The translations under genes and the position numbers were made by a program. A DNA stretch of 64,000 bases, filler included, from Basidiobolus ranarum (Eukaryota): assembly GCA_040143965.1 (NCBI GenBank). It is 5 parts of 5 records of this genome, joined end to end, with 100 filler letters (N's around TTAATTAATTAA, not from the genome) between each part and the next. Parts side by side here need not be neighbours in the genome. Positions count along the whole stretch, not along the records: positions 52,647 to 64,000 come from JASJQH010000619.1; 4 more parts are not named here. One strand, given 5' to 3'. Of the stretch, positions 53,392 to 64,000 are shown piece after piece; position 1 is the stretch's first letter; each line of letters starts with the position of its first letter. Under the pieces are notes generated by a model that searched no databases, was not told the origin of the DNA, and worked only from the letters and a program-made list of their open reading frames with translations.

Positions 53392-53661
53392 ATGCGTTAC
53401 AATCAATCAGATATATTACTTTTTATTGTTAGCCTTGTTATCCCTCCGTTAGCAGTGTATATAAAGAGAGAATTTGGAGCGGATTTTTGGATTAATCTAG
53501 GGTTGACTTTAATCACCACGGTGCCTGCCTATATTCCTTTCTATCTTGGAAACCACTTCTTGTTTGGTTTCGAATGGATCATCGGTCTAATTCCAATTTT
53601 CCACGCATGGCATATCATTGCCAAACATCAGGGTAGTAGAAGATATGTTCAAATCCCTTAG
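53392..53661 (+). CDS. PMP3: Pmp3/UPF0057 plasma-membrane proteolipid
   Basis: VIPPLAVYIK..GADFWINL.LT..IPIFHAWHII. Confidence 0.8.
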   Translation: MRYNQSDILLFIVSLVIPPLAVYIKREFGADFWINLGLTLITTVPAYIPFYLGNHFLFGFEWIIGLIPIFHAWHIIAKHQGSRRYVQIP

Positions 53662-55092
53662 AACCTGCTGTTCCAAGCTTATGGACTTTTTGGACATACG
53701 TGGTCTCCATGAATACTGTATATATCTTTCTATAAATACTGGCTCACTAAACAATTGTTAAGTACTGACAAACAAGAACACCAACATAGCACTCAGTATT
53801 CTGCGAGTATCTCTCAAGTTGACACCATAATTCGAATGAATTTTGCATGTAGGATTGACTATCTACCAGTAAGAAATGTGGATAAGCCACTATTAAACCA
53901 CCTTTTCAGCCCAGGTCGAATATTGTTGAGAGACACACATGACTGTGTAGAGATTTTATTCTTCTCTGTACCCCATTCATGCATTTCCTAAGTAAACTCC
54001 CAAACCACATTGAGTGTTCTGACTTCTGCAATGAGATTGTCAATTTTGTCAAGTGGATTTGCCTCTTGTATGTTTATATATGTACCGTTTGCTACAAAAT
54101 CACCACCGAAACTACAGAGTCTTGTGCTTCGATACTTCATAATTACTAAATGTGAGTGACTTGTACGAGTTTTCTGAAGTCACAAGTGTGTCATGTGACA
54201 CCAGTGGTAACATCTGGCATATTTAATAAGCGAGTTTATTTAGGCTTTCTAGGAGAAGTCTGTAGAATTCATCTAGGACTGGTTGATTTCCAGAAGTGTG
54301 ATGTCCCCTAGGAACTGGTCACAAGAATACTGTTGACTCTTTTCCAACGGACATCCTTAAAGACTAAGGCTTATTCGAGATTATGACGATATTATGGCAA
54401 TGTTGGAAATATCAATCCATATTGAACGACCCAGTGGCATTTGTGAATTCAATGAGGTTTGCAATCTGCTTCCGTGATGGATTACTCCCTTCTTATTCGT
54501 CTTGTGCATCTTCCAACCAAAATTGACGATCTCAATCTCATGCCCATTTCATTGCCTGAATTTGTCCGATCTTTTGGGCTCATATAAGGAATATTTTTTG
54601 CCCAATCCCCAAGTGGCCTGTTGGTACACTGAAAATTATCTTATTTACTATTTACCATTGATTCACATGTTTTGAAAACTGATCTGCTAAATCATCTAAA
54701 AATATCGCTTTAAAGCTCGCATTGATGTACGTTACCCAAAATTCGCTTGGTAGCGCTCCAAAACGGCTGAATTTACCATGTCCCTTACTATATTGGAACA
54801 AATTCAAGTTAAATAAATCTTCTGAAAGTGGAATTCTACCAATGAGGGTCATGTCATGCTGGTATCTTTTAACTGTCCACTTCATCTTTCCTGCTTGTTT
54901 GAGCCTCTTTCACTCCACGTACACACTTACTATCTCAATAGCTTTCAACTAAATACTCTAACGAGTTGTCATTTCACTTTATTGATACTGTACTCCCATT
55001 ACCCTTAGACTTGTAGTTTTGTTAATATTTATAACGGTTTGCTACCAAAATCATTTATTTCGCCTTCAATTTTCCAACATCAACTCATAGAA

Positions 55093-57729
55093 ATGAACGT
55101 CAACGCACCTGTATTTACGCCTACTATTTCTTCTCAAAACATTTCAAAGCAATCCACCGAATTACCGAAACGAACTGGCCATAGACAAAACCAAGAACGT
55201 CCTTCAAGAGGATCTATTAATCAACGAGGTATAATTTTTTTTTGCAGTAGTGAAATTTTAGCTTTTCTATCGATCTTTGTCATTTACTAAATGAGACTCT
55301 TACTAAGGATCTGGCTCTTCTCAGAACAATGGACACAGAAATAGAAGCAATAATTATCAAGAGCGTAAACTTTCAAATGATCAAGTGAATTCAAGACACA
55401 GAAAAATATCTGATCCCGAATCAGCTACTGATTCTATTTCAAGCCTCTCTTCTTTCGATCAACTCGAAGTAAGCGTTTTATTATTCTAAACAACTAATTT
55501 TCAGTCATACTCAAACTTCTTTCCATAGATTGGAGCACCTAATAAGCGTGGTCAGATTTCCATGAATCATTTGCTGAATTTCTCTCTACCTCCTCGTCAA
55601 CGTCCCATTAGCTATGTCCCTAGAAAATCCAAAACTTCCAACCATCAACCTTTTAATAAGGAGCGCTTTATTAATGCGAAGTAAAATCATTTAACGAGTA
55701 TTTAAGCTCAATATAACTATTGACTAATACCTTGAATGTAAATAGTTTCCGATTCTTGGTCAACCCTACCGGCGATTATACTGTTCAATCGGTTGATCCA
55801 GGTAATATTCTGCTTTTTTCCCTTTTTACCTAGCCTTACTTACTGATTCATCCACGTAGATGTCAACATCAATTGGGAAGACATAGAACAAGTCGTAATT
55901 ACCAGTCAATCACCAGTCACTTGTCCAATCTGCCTCTCAGAACCATGTGCTGCTCGTGTTACCAAATGTGGCCATATTTATTGTTACCAGTGTGTTCTTC
56001 ACTACCTTAACGTTGGAGAAGAGAAGAAGAAATGGCGAAAATGCCCAGTTTGTTGGGATGCCATCTACGAAAAAGACTTAAAGAGTGTCCAACATAGAGA
56101 AGGCCTATTTCTAACCAACAAAGAAATTAAGAATGATTCTATTATTTTTAATCTGATGCAAAAAGCACCAGTTTCAAATATGGTACTACCTCGAGTCGCT
56201 ATGTCTCAATTAAAGCCGGAAATCTCTCCAGAGACACCATTTATTCCTTGGGACTTCACCCCCTGTGCTTTGTCATTCGCTCGATTAATCCTTCCCACAT
56301 TCTCGTACATGGAAAAGGAATATCTTCGTAATATATCCGAACTGGAGACTGCTTTGGAAGATGCCAAAGGATGGGGGGCAAAAGAAGAAGTACCATACAT
56401 CAACAGTGCCCTTGAAAAAATGAAGGTAATTTACATGTTTTTGATTACTCCCATTGTGCAATATTTTACTAATTTAATCATTATCAGAGCCAACTTGAAT
56501 TCCTCCGCTCAAGCCCAGTCAAAGACAGCATCGAAAAGAAAGCAGCAACCGATACGTTAGGTATTGCTCAAACTAATGTATCTGTACCACAGCCAGTTGT
56601 TGATATTGGAGCTTCTAACCAAGCACATGTTGATGATTTCGAAGCGGTCATAAAAGCATATCGCGAGAATAATCAGGTAGCACATATCAGTAAACACTAT
56701 AGGATGAGTTAGAAGCTAACAGATGCCTTTTTCTAGGATCATGAGCCTGCCTTTTCTGATGAAGAGGGCGAAGATCTGGATACCTCAAATTTGAAGAAAT
56801 CCTCACATCCTCATTTTATAGAAATATCCACCTCAACACCATACGGAGCCTTGCACGAGAAGCATGTCAACTCGAAGATCCCTAACTCCACTGAAGTAGA
56901 GGTCCAAGTCGAAGATTCAAAAGCTCAAACGAAACAGGAGGCACCTATTGCGGATGGTAACTACTTCTTCTATCAGGCTGCCGATGGGCAACATGTATAT
57001 TTGCACCCTCTGGATATCAAAATCTTAAGAGAGGAATTTGGTGCTTATGAAAACTTTCCCGATGAAATATCTGCGCCCATGATTAGTCTTGAAGAATCTA
57101 CCATCAACCCTGTAAGTGCTCCATATACTCGCTTTTTTTAGAAAATGTATTCATCAAATTGATTGATCCCAGGATTTACGCAAGAGATTCAAGTATTTGA
57201 GCCACCTGCCCATCAGTTGTGATATTACTTTCGTTGAGATCGATTTAAAAAACATTGTCTCCAAGAAAACTTTCAACATGTTTGCTAGTAAATACATTTG
57301 ATTTCGAATATTTCAAGTCAACACACCATTGAACACCTTTCTTTAGATGAACTTCGCCAGCGTAATACCAAAAGAAAACAAAAGGAACGCAAAGAAGACA
57401 GACAACGTCTACTTGCTCAAGAGCCACTATATAAACCCAATAGGACTCCCGCAGAGGATGAGTTTATAAGAAATGATCCATTCTTCCAAGTCCCAATTAC
57501 CAACCTGGACGATTCGTTGGATGTGCAACCTACACCGAATGCAGAAACGGACCATTCGCCAGCACCACAAACTCAAAGCTGGGGAAGTGGCAGCCATGGT
57601 AGTAGCTTTGCAAAGGCTTTGGAATCCTCCGATCCACGTGAATATGGTAAAGAAGAAGTATTGGTTGGTAAGAAAGGCAAGAAGAAACATGTGTTAATGA
57701 GTAACAACAACGCAAGAAGACGTTATTGA
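55093..57729 (+). CDS. MAG2: RING E3 ligase RNF10/Mag2 homolog, multi-exon
   Basis: GQISMNHLLNF, FNKERFINAN|FRF, DP|D..WE.IEQV, CPICL..TKCGHIYCYQC.LHYL..WRKCPVC, FYQAADGQHVYLHPLDIKIL, RFKYLSHLP. Confidence 0.9.
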
Positions 57730-58695
57730 TTATACGGACACTTTTTGTTTACTCGCATAATTTGCGTATCCTTGGTTGATATCTGCACCTTTATTTATTA
57801 ATATATCCGACTCTGATTCTGTTTGTATGATTGTAGATAAATATGTTATCGTTCCCCTCAGCTGAACCTCATCTACAAGAAAGGATGTATAACCTAGGAA
57901 ACCATTATTATATTGACACACTCTACTTTTTTTGCGATGTTTTTAATTTTACTACATTGTTTGTTATATAAATTTATTATCAACAATAAATTCAATGTAA
58001 TACTATTTCAAGCTACTCAGAGCTATTCATATACTCTAGAGTACACCATCGCGAAATCTAGGATCGTTACAGGATTTTACTCCAAAATTAGACGATGTCA
58101 GTACTTTTTTTAGACGCTTTACTTACCCTCTTACACATCGCTAGTGTACGGTTATATGTAGTTAATAAAGTTGTAAGTTAATGCCAACAATAATGTCTGA
58201 AAAAGAACCGAGTTTGTCTCAAAAATAAAAGCTGATTTTATTGTTGCAAACGTCTCAAAAAAATGTTGAATTTTCAGATTATCGAGAATTGGATTTCCAA
58301 TCGTCTCATTTTAGAGTAAAACCAAGTAATGATCAAATTGGGCACCCTGCCTAGTGACTGCACAGAAATCCCCCACCATAGATGTCATTTGATAAAGTCG
58401 CTTACATATACCACCTCGTGTTGATCACACACCATTTGTAATATTTGGGGCTCCGGATAGAATACCACATGTATACCCAGAAAATAATTATCAATATGTC
58501 ACTATTATAGCTGTATGAGTGGGTAATAAAAAGCTGGTGTAAAATTTGATGTGGGGGAAGCGAATGATAGGATCACCCCAAAAGTTTAACAAATATTTTT
58601 ACTCTATCTTCATTCATAAGTTTTATGAGCAACAAAACTCAATCCTTCTTGGTCGTTACCATTGCCTCTTGCTTATTTTGCACACTCCAACAATA

Positions 58696-59135
58696 ATGTT
58701 CAAGATTCTCGAAGAACTTATCCCTACTGTTTTTGCTGAGGAAGAACCTCAAGAAGAAGTTGAGGAACAAGCCGAGGAAGAAGAAGAAGAAGAGGAAGAG
58801 CCTGAAGACATCAAACCTCAGCTTGAAGAAGGTTGAAATTACACATGTTTTTAATATCCCACATTTGCCTGAACATACACTTATATTCTTTCATATACTG
58901 AAACAGAATGTGCTCAATCTGCCAAGTGTGCATCCTATAAGCATCACCTTGAAGAGTGCGCCGCTAGAGTTGCCAATGGTGCCAATGAAAACTGTGTTGA
59001 AGAGTTCTTCCATTTGCAGCATTGCATCGATGCTTGTGTAAGTAAACCTTCTTTATCACTGCCATATATTTTGAATATGATATTTACCTTAATGACTATC
59101 AGGTTGCTCCTAAACTTTTCGCTGGACTTCAATAG
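58696..59135 (+). CDS. QCR6: Cytochrome bc1 hinge subunit 6, 3 exons
   Basis: Acidic N-terminus, EDIKPQLEE|EC..C..RV..ENCVEEFFHLQHCIDAC|VAPKLF; introns 58832-58906 and 59038-59102. Confidence 0.95.
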
Positions 59136-60025
59136 ACTCTTGCATACAGCATATAAAATGAAAACTTTGATTTCATATGCAATCCTATTACCCTCTGTCC
59201 TTGCGTTTCATATATACACTCATCATTCCATTTCATTCTAAAAGAATATCACAATAAATTAAACTTCACCCCCAACGCCTAAATTGAAAGCTTGGTACTT
59301 CCCATTCATATATGCCATTCGTAAATCCAAGATGATTTATTTTTTGCTAGCAGTTTGTTTATGAGGATGGAGACCAAATTGCAAATCCTGCACTAGGCAT
59401 GAGGGATTCAACCAAAGAATGCAGAAGTTAGCGCCTTAATGTAGGTAAAGGTTCTCCGTAGCTGTTTTGTATTCTGGTTACATACCTTTGCATGTACCTC
59501 AGGTAAACGGCAGAGTCAAACTGTGGCTGAAAAAGCGCATCTGATCTAAAATTATCCACTTCATCAACATCAAATTATATTCGAAACTCAGTCAACAGAA
59601 TTTAGGTTTCGTTCGTGCTTACGAATTGTGTCATGACGTATTAAGTAATGTGATTGGATTCTTGGTTTTGGTGATAATGTTACAAAATACCCTTTCCTGA
59701 TAATGTTCTTTTACTTCCATACTAAATTACATGTGACTGTCCCCCAATAGTTTACAATATCGACGGTAATAAACCCCTCAACATCTCGTTATTAATTCGA
59801 TTCGACAGCTTAGCTAATAAATAACAGCGGATGTTTGGAGCGATGTTGATATAACTTTCTAGTAAATTGAACAGATGTGGTAGAGCTAGATAATTTCAAT
59901 GTGCAAACTAAGTATCTTTAATTAATGTAGTTATTTACAGGTTTTCGTCATCAGTGGGAAGAGAGGACTGGCCCAAAATTATACGAAATAATACGTCATT
60001 GAGTTGGAAATGTCAATTCACCTCC

Positions 60026-61017
60026 TTAATTGTTAACATATGGCGAAACACCAACCATCCCACCCATTGACGGACCAGTAGGGATATTTGACTGTTTGGA
60101 TAGCATACCCTGGACACTGGCTTGGGAAATATGTTCAGATATAGCTCCTTCGGATTCATTGTCTCCCTGAGGAAGTTGACTAAAATGGCCACTGGTTTGA
60201 ACATACTGTTGTATAACATTGCAATTGCAATTGCGATGCCCTAGAAGCTGGCTCTTCAACTGAAGTAACTCTTCCTTTAGCTGGCCTACAATATGCTGAA
60301 GGTTCTTATTTCGAGCAGTGATTTCATCAGATTTATGCTCTAGCTCCTTGACCCAAATTTTTTTCTTTTGTCTGCATTTGGAAGCAGCCACTCGGTTCCG
60401 TTCTAGAAAGCGTCTACGTTTTTCCTCGTTTTTATCAGGATTATTGGAGCCTCTTTTTTTAAACCCATTGGCCTTTCCATCATACCCGTCCAGCTGACTT
60501 TCATCCGAACTACTATATTGATCGTTCATACTCTCCATTGATTTGGAGGTAATTCTTGATTCGGATACCGGCTCCGATGGTTTCGAATGAATAAATTGAT
60601 GCAAGTTATCACGCACGAGCTTCTCTGAATCGAATGTCGTCACCGAGGGTATAGGCTTCATGACTCCAGGCACGGACGTTAACATTGACCCGTTAACAGC
60701 AACTGAAGTGGCCTTTGCAGATGGTGCAACGGACATATGGCTAGTGTTTGTATTGGATGCAGGGGTTGAGTCTTTTTTTCCACACGATGTAAAACTAGCT
60801 TCGAATGGGTTAATCTCCCCAAAAGATGAAAGACTTGGAGTCAATCTATATTCTCCACATTCAAGCAAAAAGCGGGTGGGCGTTGGTGCACCAATATCAG
60901 CTAGAATTTCATGATAAATATAAGTAACAATAGATGGCGTTTCCAGAGGATATTTGTTGATTTACCTTCAGAGAAATCCGTGCGTGGAATACCTAGGCGT
61001 GAAGCTGTTTCGCTCAT
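60026..61017 (-). CDS. ATF/CREB-family bZIP transcription factor (Atf1/ATF2-like)
   Basis: Intron 60901-60965; PTPTRFL, NPFEASF, KRRRFLERNRVAASKCRQKKK and a leucine zipper. Confidence 0.92.
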
Positions 61018-63120
61018 ATTCAATGGTCAAGGAGTAAGGTGAGGATACTTGAAAGTAAGTCAATGATCTAATAATTGCGAAATTTTAGAACAAACAACAG
61101 GCCAGGCTGATGAAGAGCAAAGTAGCTGAGAAATTGTGATATCACCATGAGAGACCAGACAATTTATATATAGGATCAATTCGAGAGGAATTTCCTTTTT
61201 AGTACACTGACTATGAATCAATTGCGACCCTTTTTTGTCTACATCCAAGTCCTATTGGCCAATGGTAACAATGCCTTGAAGAACAAGATAATCGGATACG
61301 GCTTTATATGAATGCTTCTAAATAAGCGTGGATGTTACGCTCTGGCACAAGGCACTCTAAATTAAAATATAGAAAAGTGCTGATTTGAGAGCGATCATAT
61401 CCTAAGGGATGCTAGTCCTGTACCACCGTACAACCAGTCCTTTTGAAGAGAGTATCCATACCTACTATACCCTCGACACTTGATATCAATGAGGGATTTT
61501 CACTTTCATAGGAACAGCCGACAACTGTCTGACCAGACCATTATGCTGTACTTTCCCCACTGCGACATACGTAAATATCTGTCTCCTCCTCACGATAGCC
61601 TGGTCGGTCAGCAGTTTAGGGCGCAACTTATCTTTTCATACGTACTAGCTCTTTCTAGCTAAAAGGAGTAATCCCTTATTATTGGTGCGAATACAACATT
61701 AAATCAATTGGTCATCTTGGTAAAGGTCAATTTCCATAAAAAGCAATGGACTAAATACTGCGATATGAACCAAGCGATAAAACTGGTCAGATGAGGGTGA
61801 TGTAATCCGATGAATAATGACCTCTGCCGGCGGTAGACGATTGGACAAAGCACCATGGTTTGTGTAAGTTATATCATCCATTTGATAGGAGACAGCTTTA
61901 ATAATTGCAGCAAATCAAAGACATGGATTTGTCTTGAGATCAGAACCACAATTTCGTACCCAGGGTTGGAGTCTAAAACATCACTGGTAAGGAAGTTTAT
62001 TCTGTGTGATTGCTGATAAAATAAGGTAAGCGTAGAGCGTAAGTGGTTAGGTTGAGTGGTTCAACACTAAGCAAATTGCTAGGCTGGCTGATCTAGTCCA
62101 TGAATGTACATAATTAATTAAGGTGCAGGCCTAATCCTCAATAGGAACTGAGTAGCTCAAGTTACGAAAGCTGATATGAGATTGGCTCAAATAGAAGCAT
62201 AAATATAAAGACCGAGCTTGGCCTCTTCTCAAAATTGTGACCGAATGCACCCATAAGGTAGTGGAAACTAAGCTCTACCACGGTTATAGAGGACGTATAT
62301 ATTACATCATCCATTATTCAAAACGGTCATACAAGCACAAGCGGTTGTGATCGGGCTTCTACAAATTCTAATTAGCTTCATTCCAAACACAGTACTGAGG
62401 AGGCTTTTGGATTGAATAATTTGGCAATGACAATATGCACTTCCATGATTTCGATTTTTTATTGGGCGTGATAATATATATTCTGTTCTCTTCATATTCA
62501 AAGCCTGCAACCAAATTAAATTTAGTCAACTTTTCATTGCACATACTGACTAGTTTGCTAGAAAGGTTTATCCATCTATACTGCCCACAGAATGCCAAAT
62601 GGTTCTCAAGATCACTGGATCCACATATAGAGTTGCATGACGTCTACATCAGCTTCATACTAATCCAATCTGAATGGTGTATCACATACTCAGTTACACT
62701 GTGCACTACACAGTTTAAACCACTTTTACCTGTTAATACAACATTATTTCGTCATCAATTTGAGAATAAATCTTACTGAATTGGAACTTCTTGAGGCTCA
62801 GTACTACACCACACAAAGTATCCCCACCACTCTCTTATTCTACCTATTTCTCTAAGCAGCATCTAACAGCGAGCTTGTACCCTCGTAAATTGTTAGGGTG
62901 GTGATGTCATTTTTGGACATCTATAACCGAGATAACAACAGTATACAGTGCTCGTTTCTCGATTGAAGGTGGTAGCGTCAACTGGTTGTATGTTATTAAG
63001 TTATTTTGGCTAATTTGTTTATTCGAATATTGTTTTAAGGATTCCCAACGAAATGTGGTTCGGGTGGATATCAACAGTACCAACCACAAGGATTAATTTC
63101 TGTAAATATCGCATAGATTC

Positions 63121-63373
63121 TTAACGGTATTTGGCAAAACCAATGTCACCGGCATATTGACGAAAGCACTGTCTGCAGACGTTTAAACCATACTTGCGGA
63201 TAAGACCGGCACGATGGGTACAGACGCGGCTGTTGATTCCGTAGTCAAATTATTTAGTAAGAGCTTGTTCACGATTGATGAACAACTTTAAAAAATTTGG
63301 TGTGAGCTTACCATTCACGAGAACCTTTGCCATAGTTACGAGGGCGAGAATTCCAGACAGCTTCGTGGGCCAT
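63121..63373 (-). CDS. RPS29: 40S ribosomal protein S29 (uS14), 56 aa, 2 exons
   Basis: [56 protein letters not shown]; intron 63230-63311. Confidence 0.96.
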
Positions 63374-63775
63374 TTTATATCAATGTGTAACTCTAGGTCT
63401 GGAGAGGAAGAGGGGAAACCTTAGTGGCATCCTCAGTTGACATATATCTTTCATTTGTGAAAAAAAAACATCTAAGCCAATCAAACCCCTCAAATACTAA
63501 CCCAAGCACGATTACTTAGAAAAAAATTCACGGAAAGGCCCTCGATTACTTCAACCATTTAGGAGTTATTTACCTTTTATAACTTAAACACCACTGGAGT
63601 TATGCATCAAACACTCATTTAATCAATCAAGTTGTAACTGTGGAAAAAAAGAAAAAAAAAGGTCAAGATCACCTGGGGTATGGACCCTAGAGTCGACGAT
63701 GATGGTAGAAATGCTTTGGTGTGGCATATGTTGACCCTTCTTTCCCTGTTGGTTCTATCCTTTTTGAATTGTTCG
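63374..63775. promoter_or_regulatory. Shared divergent promoter region of RPS29 and RPS5
   Basis: Head-to-head genes about 500 bp apart; pyrimidine tracts at both presumed starts (63399-63418 on minus, 63735-63746 on plus). Confidence 0.6.
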
Positions 63776-63872
63776 GTAAGCGAAGTTATTAAATTAGTTG
63801 AATAGTTATCTGTGTGAGAAATTAGTACATCCATCCTAAAGCTTTATTTATTTACCCCAGGTTTGAGGAATT

Positions 63873-64000
63873 ATGGCCCTTCCAGCTGAAATTATCGGTG
63901 ATGTCCAAAGCATCAAGCTTTTCAACAAGTGGTCTTATGAAGACCTCGAGATCAAGGATATCTCCTTGACCGATTATCTTCAAATCCGTGCCCCTGTCTA
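63873..64000 (+). CDS. RPS5: 40S ribosomal protein S5 (uS7), partial; 5'-UTR intron 63776-63860
   Basis: MALPAEII..IKLFNKWSYEDLEIKDISLTDYLQI. Confidence 0.92.
   Translation, partial: MALPAEIIGDVQSIKLFNKWSYEDLEIKDISLTDYLQIRAPV

Noticed and set aside
54000-54900. Possible gypsy integrase remnant (GHLG on the minus strand)
   Set aside because: A single short motif with no supporting DDE or zinc-finger residues
63230-63311. Intronic snoRNA in RPS29
   Set aside because: The TGATGA is on the antisense strand and there is no paired box D in this 82-nt intron

Overview
Eukaryotic, intron-rich, AT-rich DNA that most resembles an early-diverging fungus (short GT-AG introns with CTAAC branch points, Mucoromycota/Zoopagomycota-like genes; the taxon is inferred, not proven). 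Four artificial scaffold gaps (N-TTAATTAATTAA-N) split it into five contigs. 1-13.1 kb is a CpG-depleted nest of decayed Ty1/copia elements, followed by the 3' end of a Tc1/mariner element. The main find, almost entirely missed by the ORF track, is a near full-length Fanzor1-type gene (eukaryotic TnpB/Cas12-like RNA-guided nuclease) at about 18.0-21.0 kb. It retains all three RuvC catalytic residues, a zinc finger split by a spliceosomal intron and a basic C-terminal tail, but is inactivated by stops, frameshifts and two solo-LTR insertions. Housekeeping genes: 7TM protein, oligoribonuclease, SCS7, Nup43-like, verprolin-like, GNAT, Uds1-domain protein, ERG27, GPI-anchored protein, PMP3, MAG2/RNF10, QCR6, Atf1-like bZIP, and a head-to-head RPS29/RPS5 pair. 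A small secondary-metabolite locus at 39.5-45.8 kb has an NRPS C domain, an open KS-AT gene whose KS has lost its catalytic motifs by in-frame deletions, and an SDR. An orphan region at 44-52 kb carries short TTAGGG insertions, and RNA polymerase II CTD heptads emerge from the last gap.
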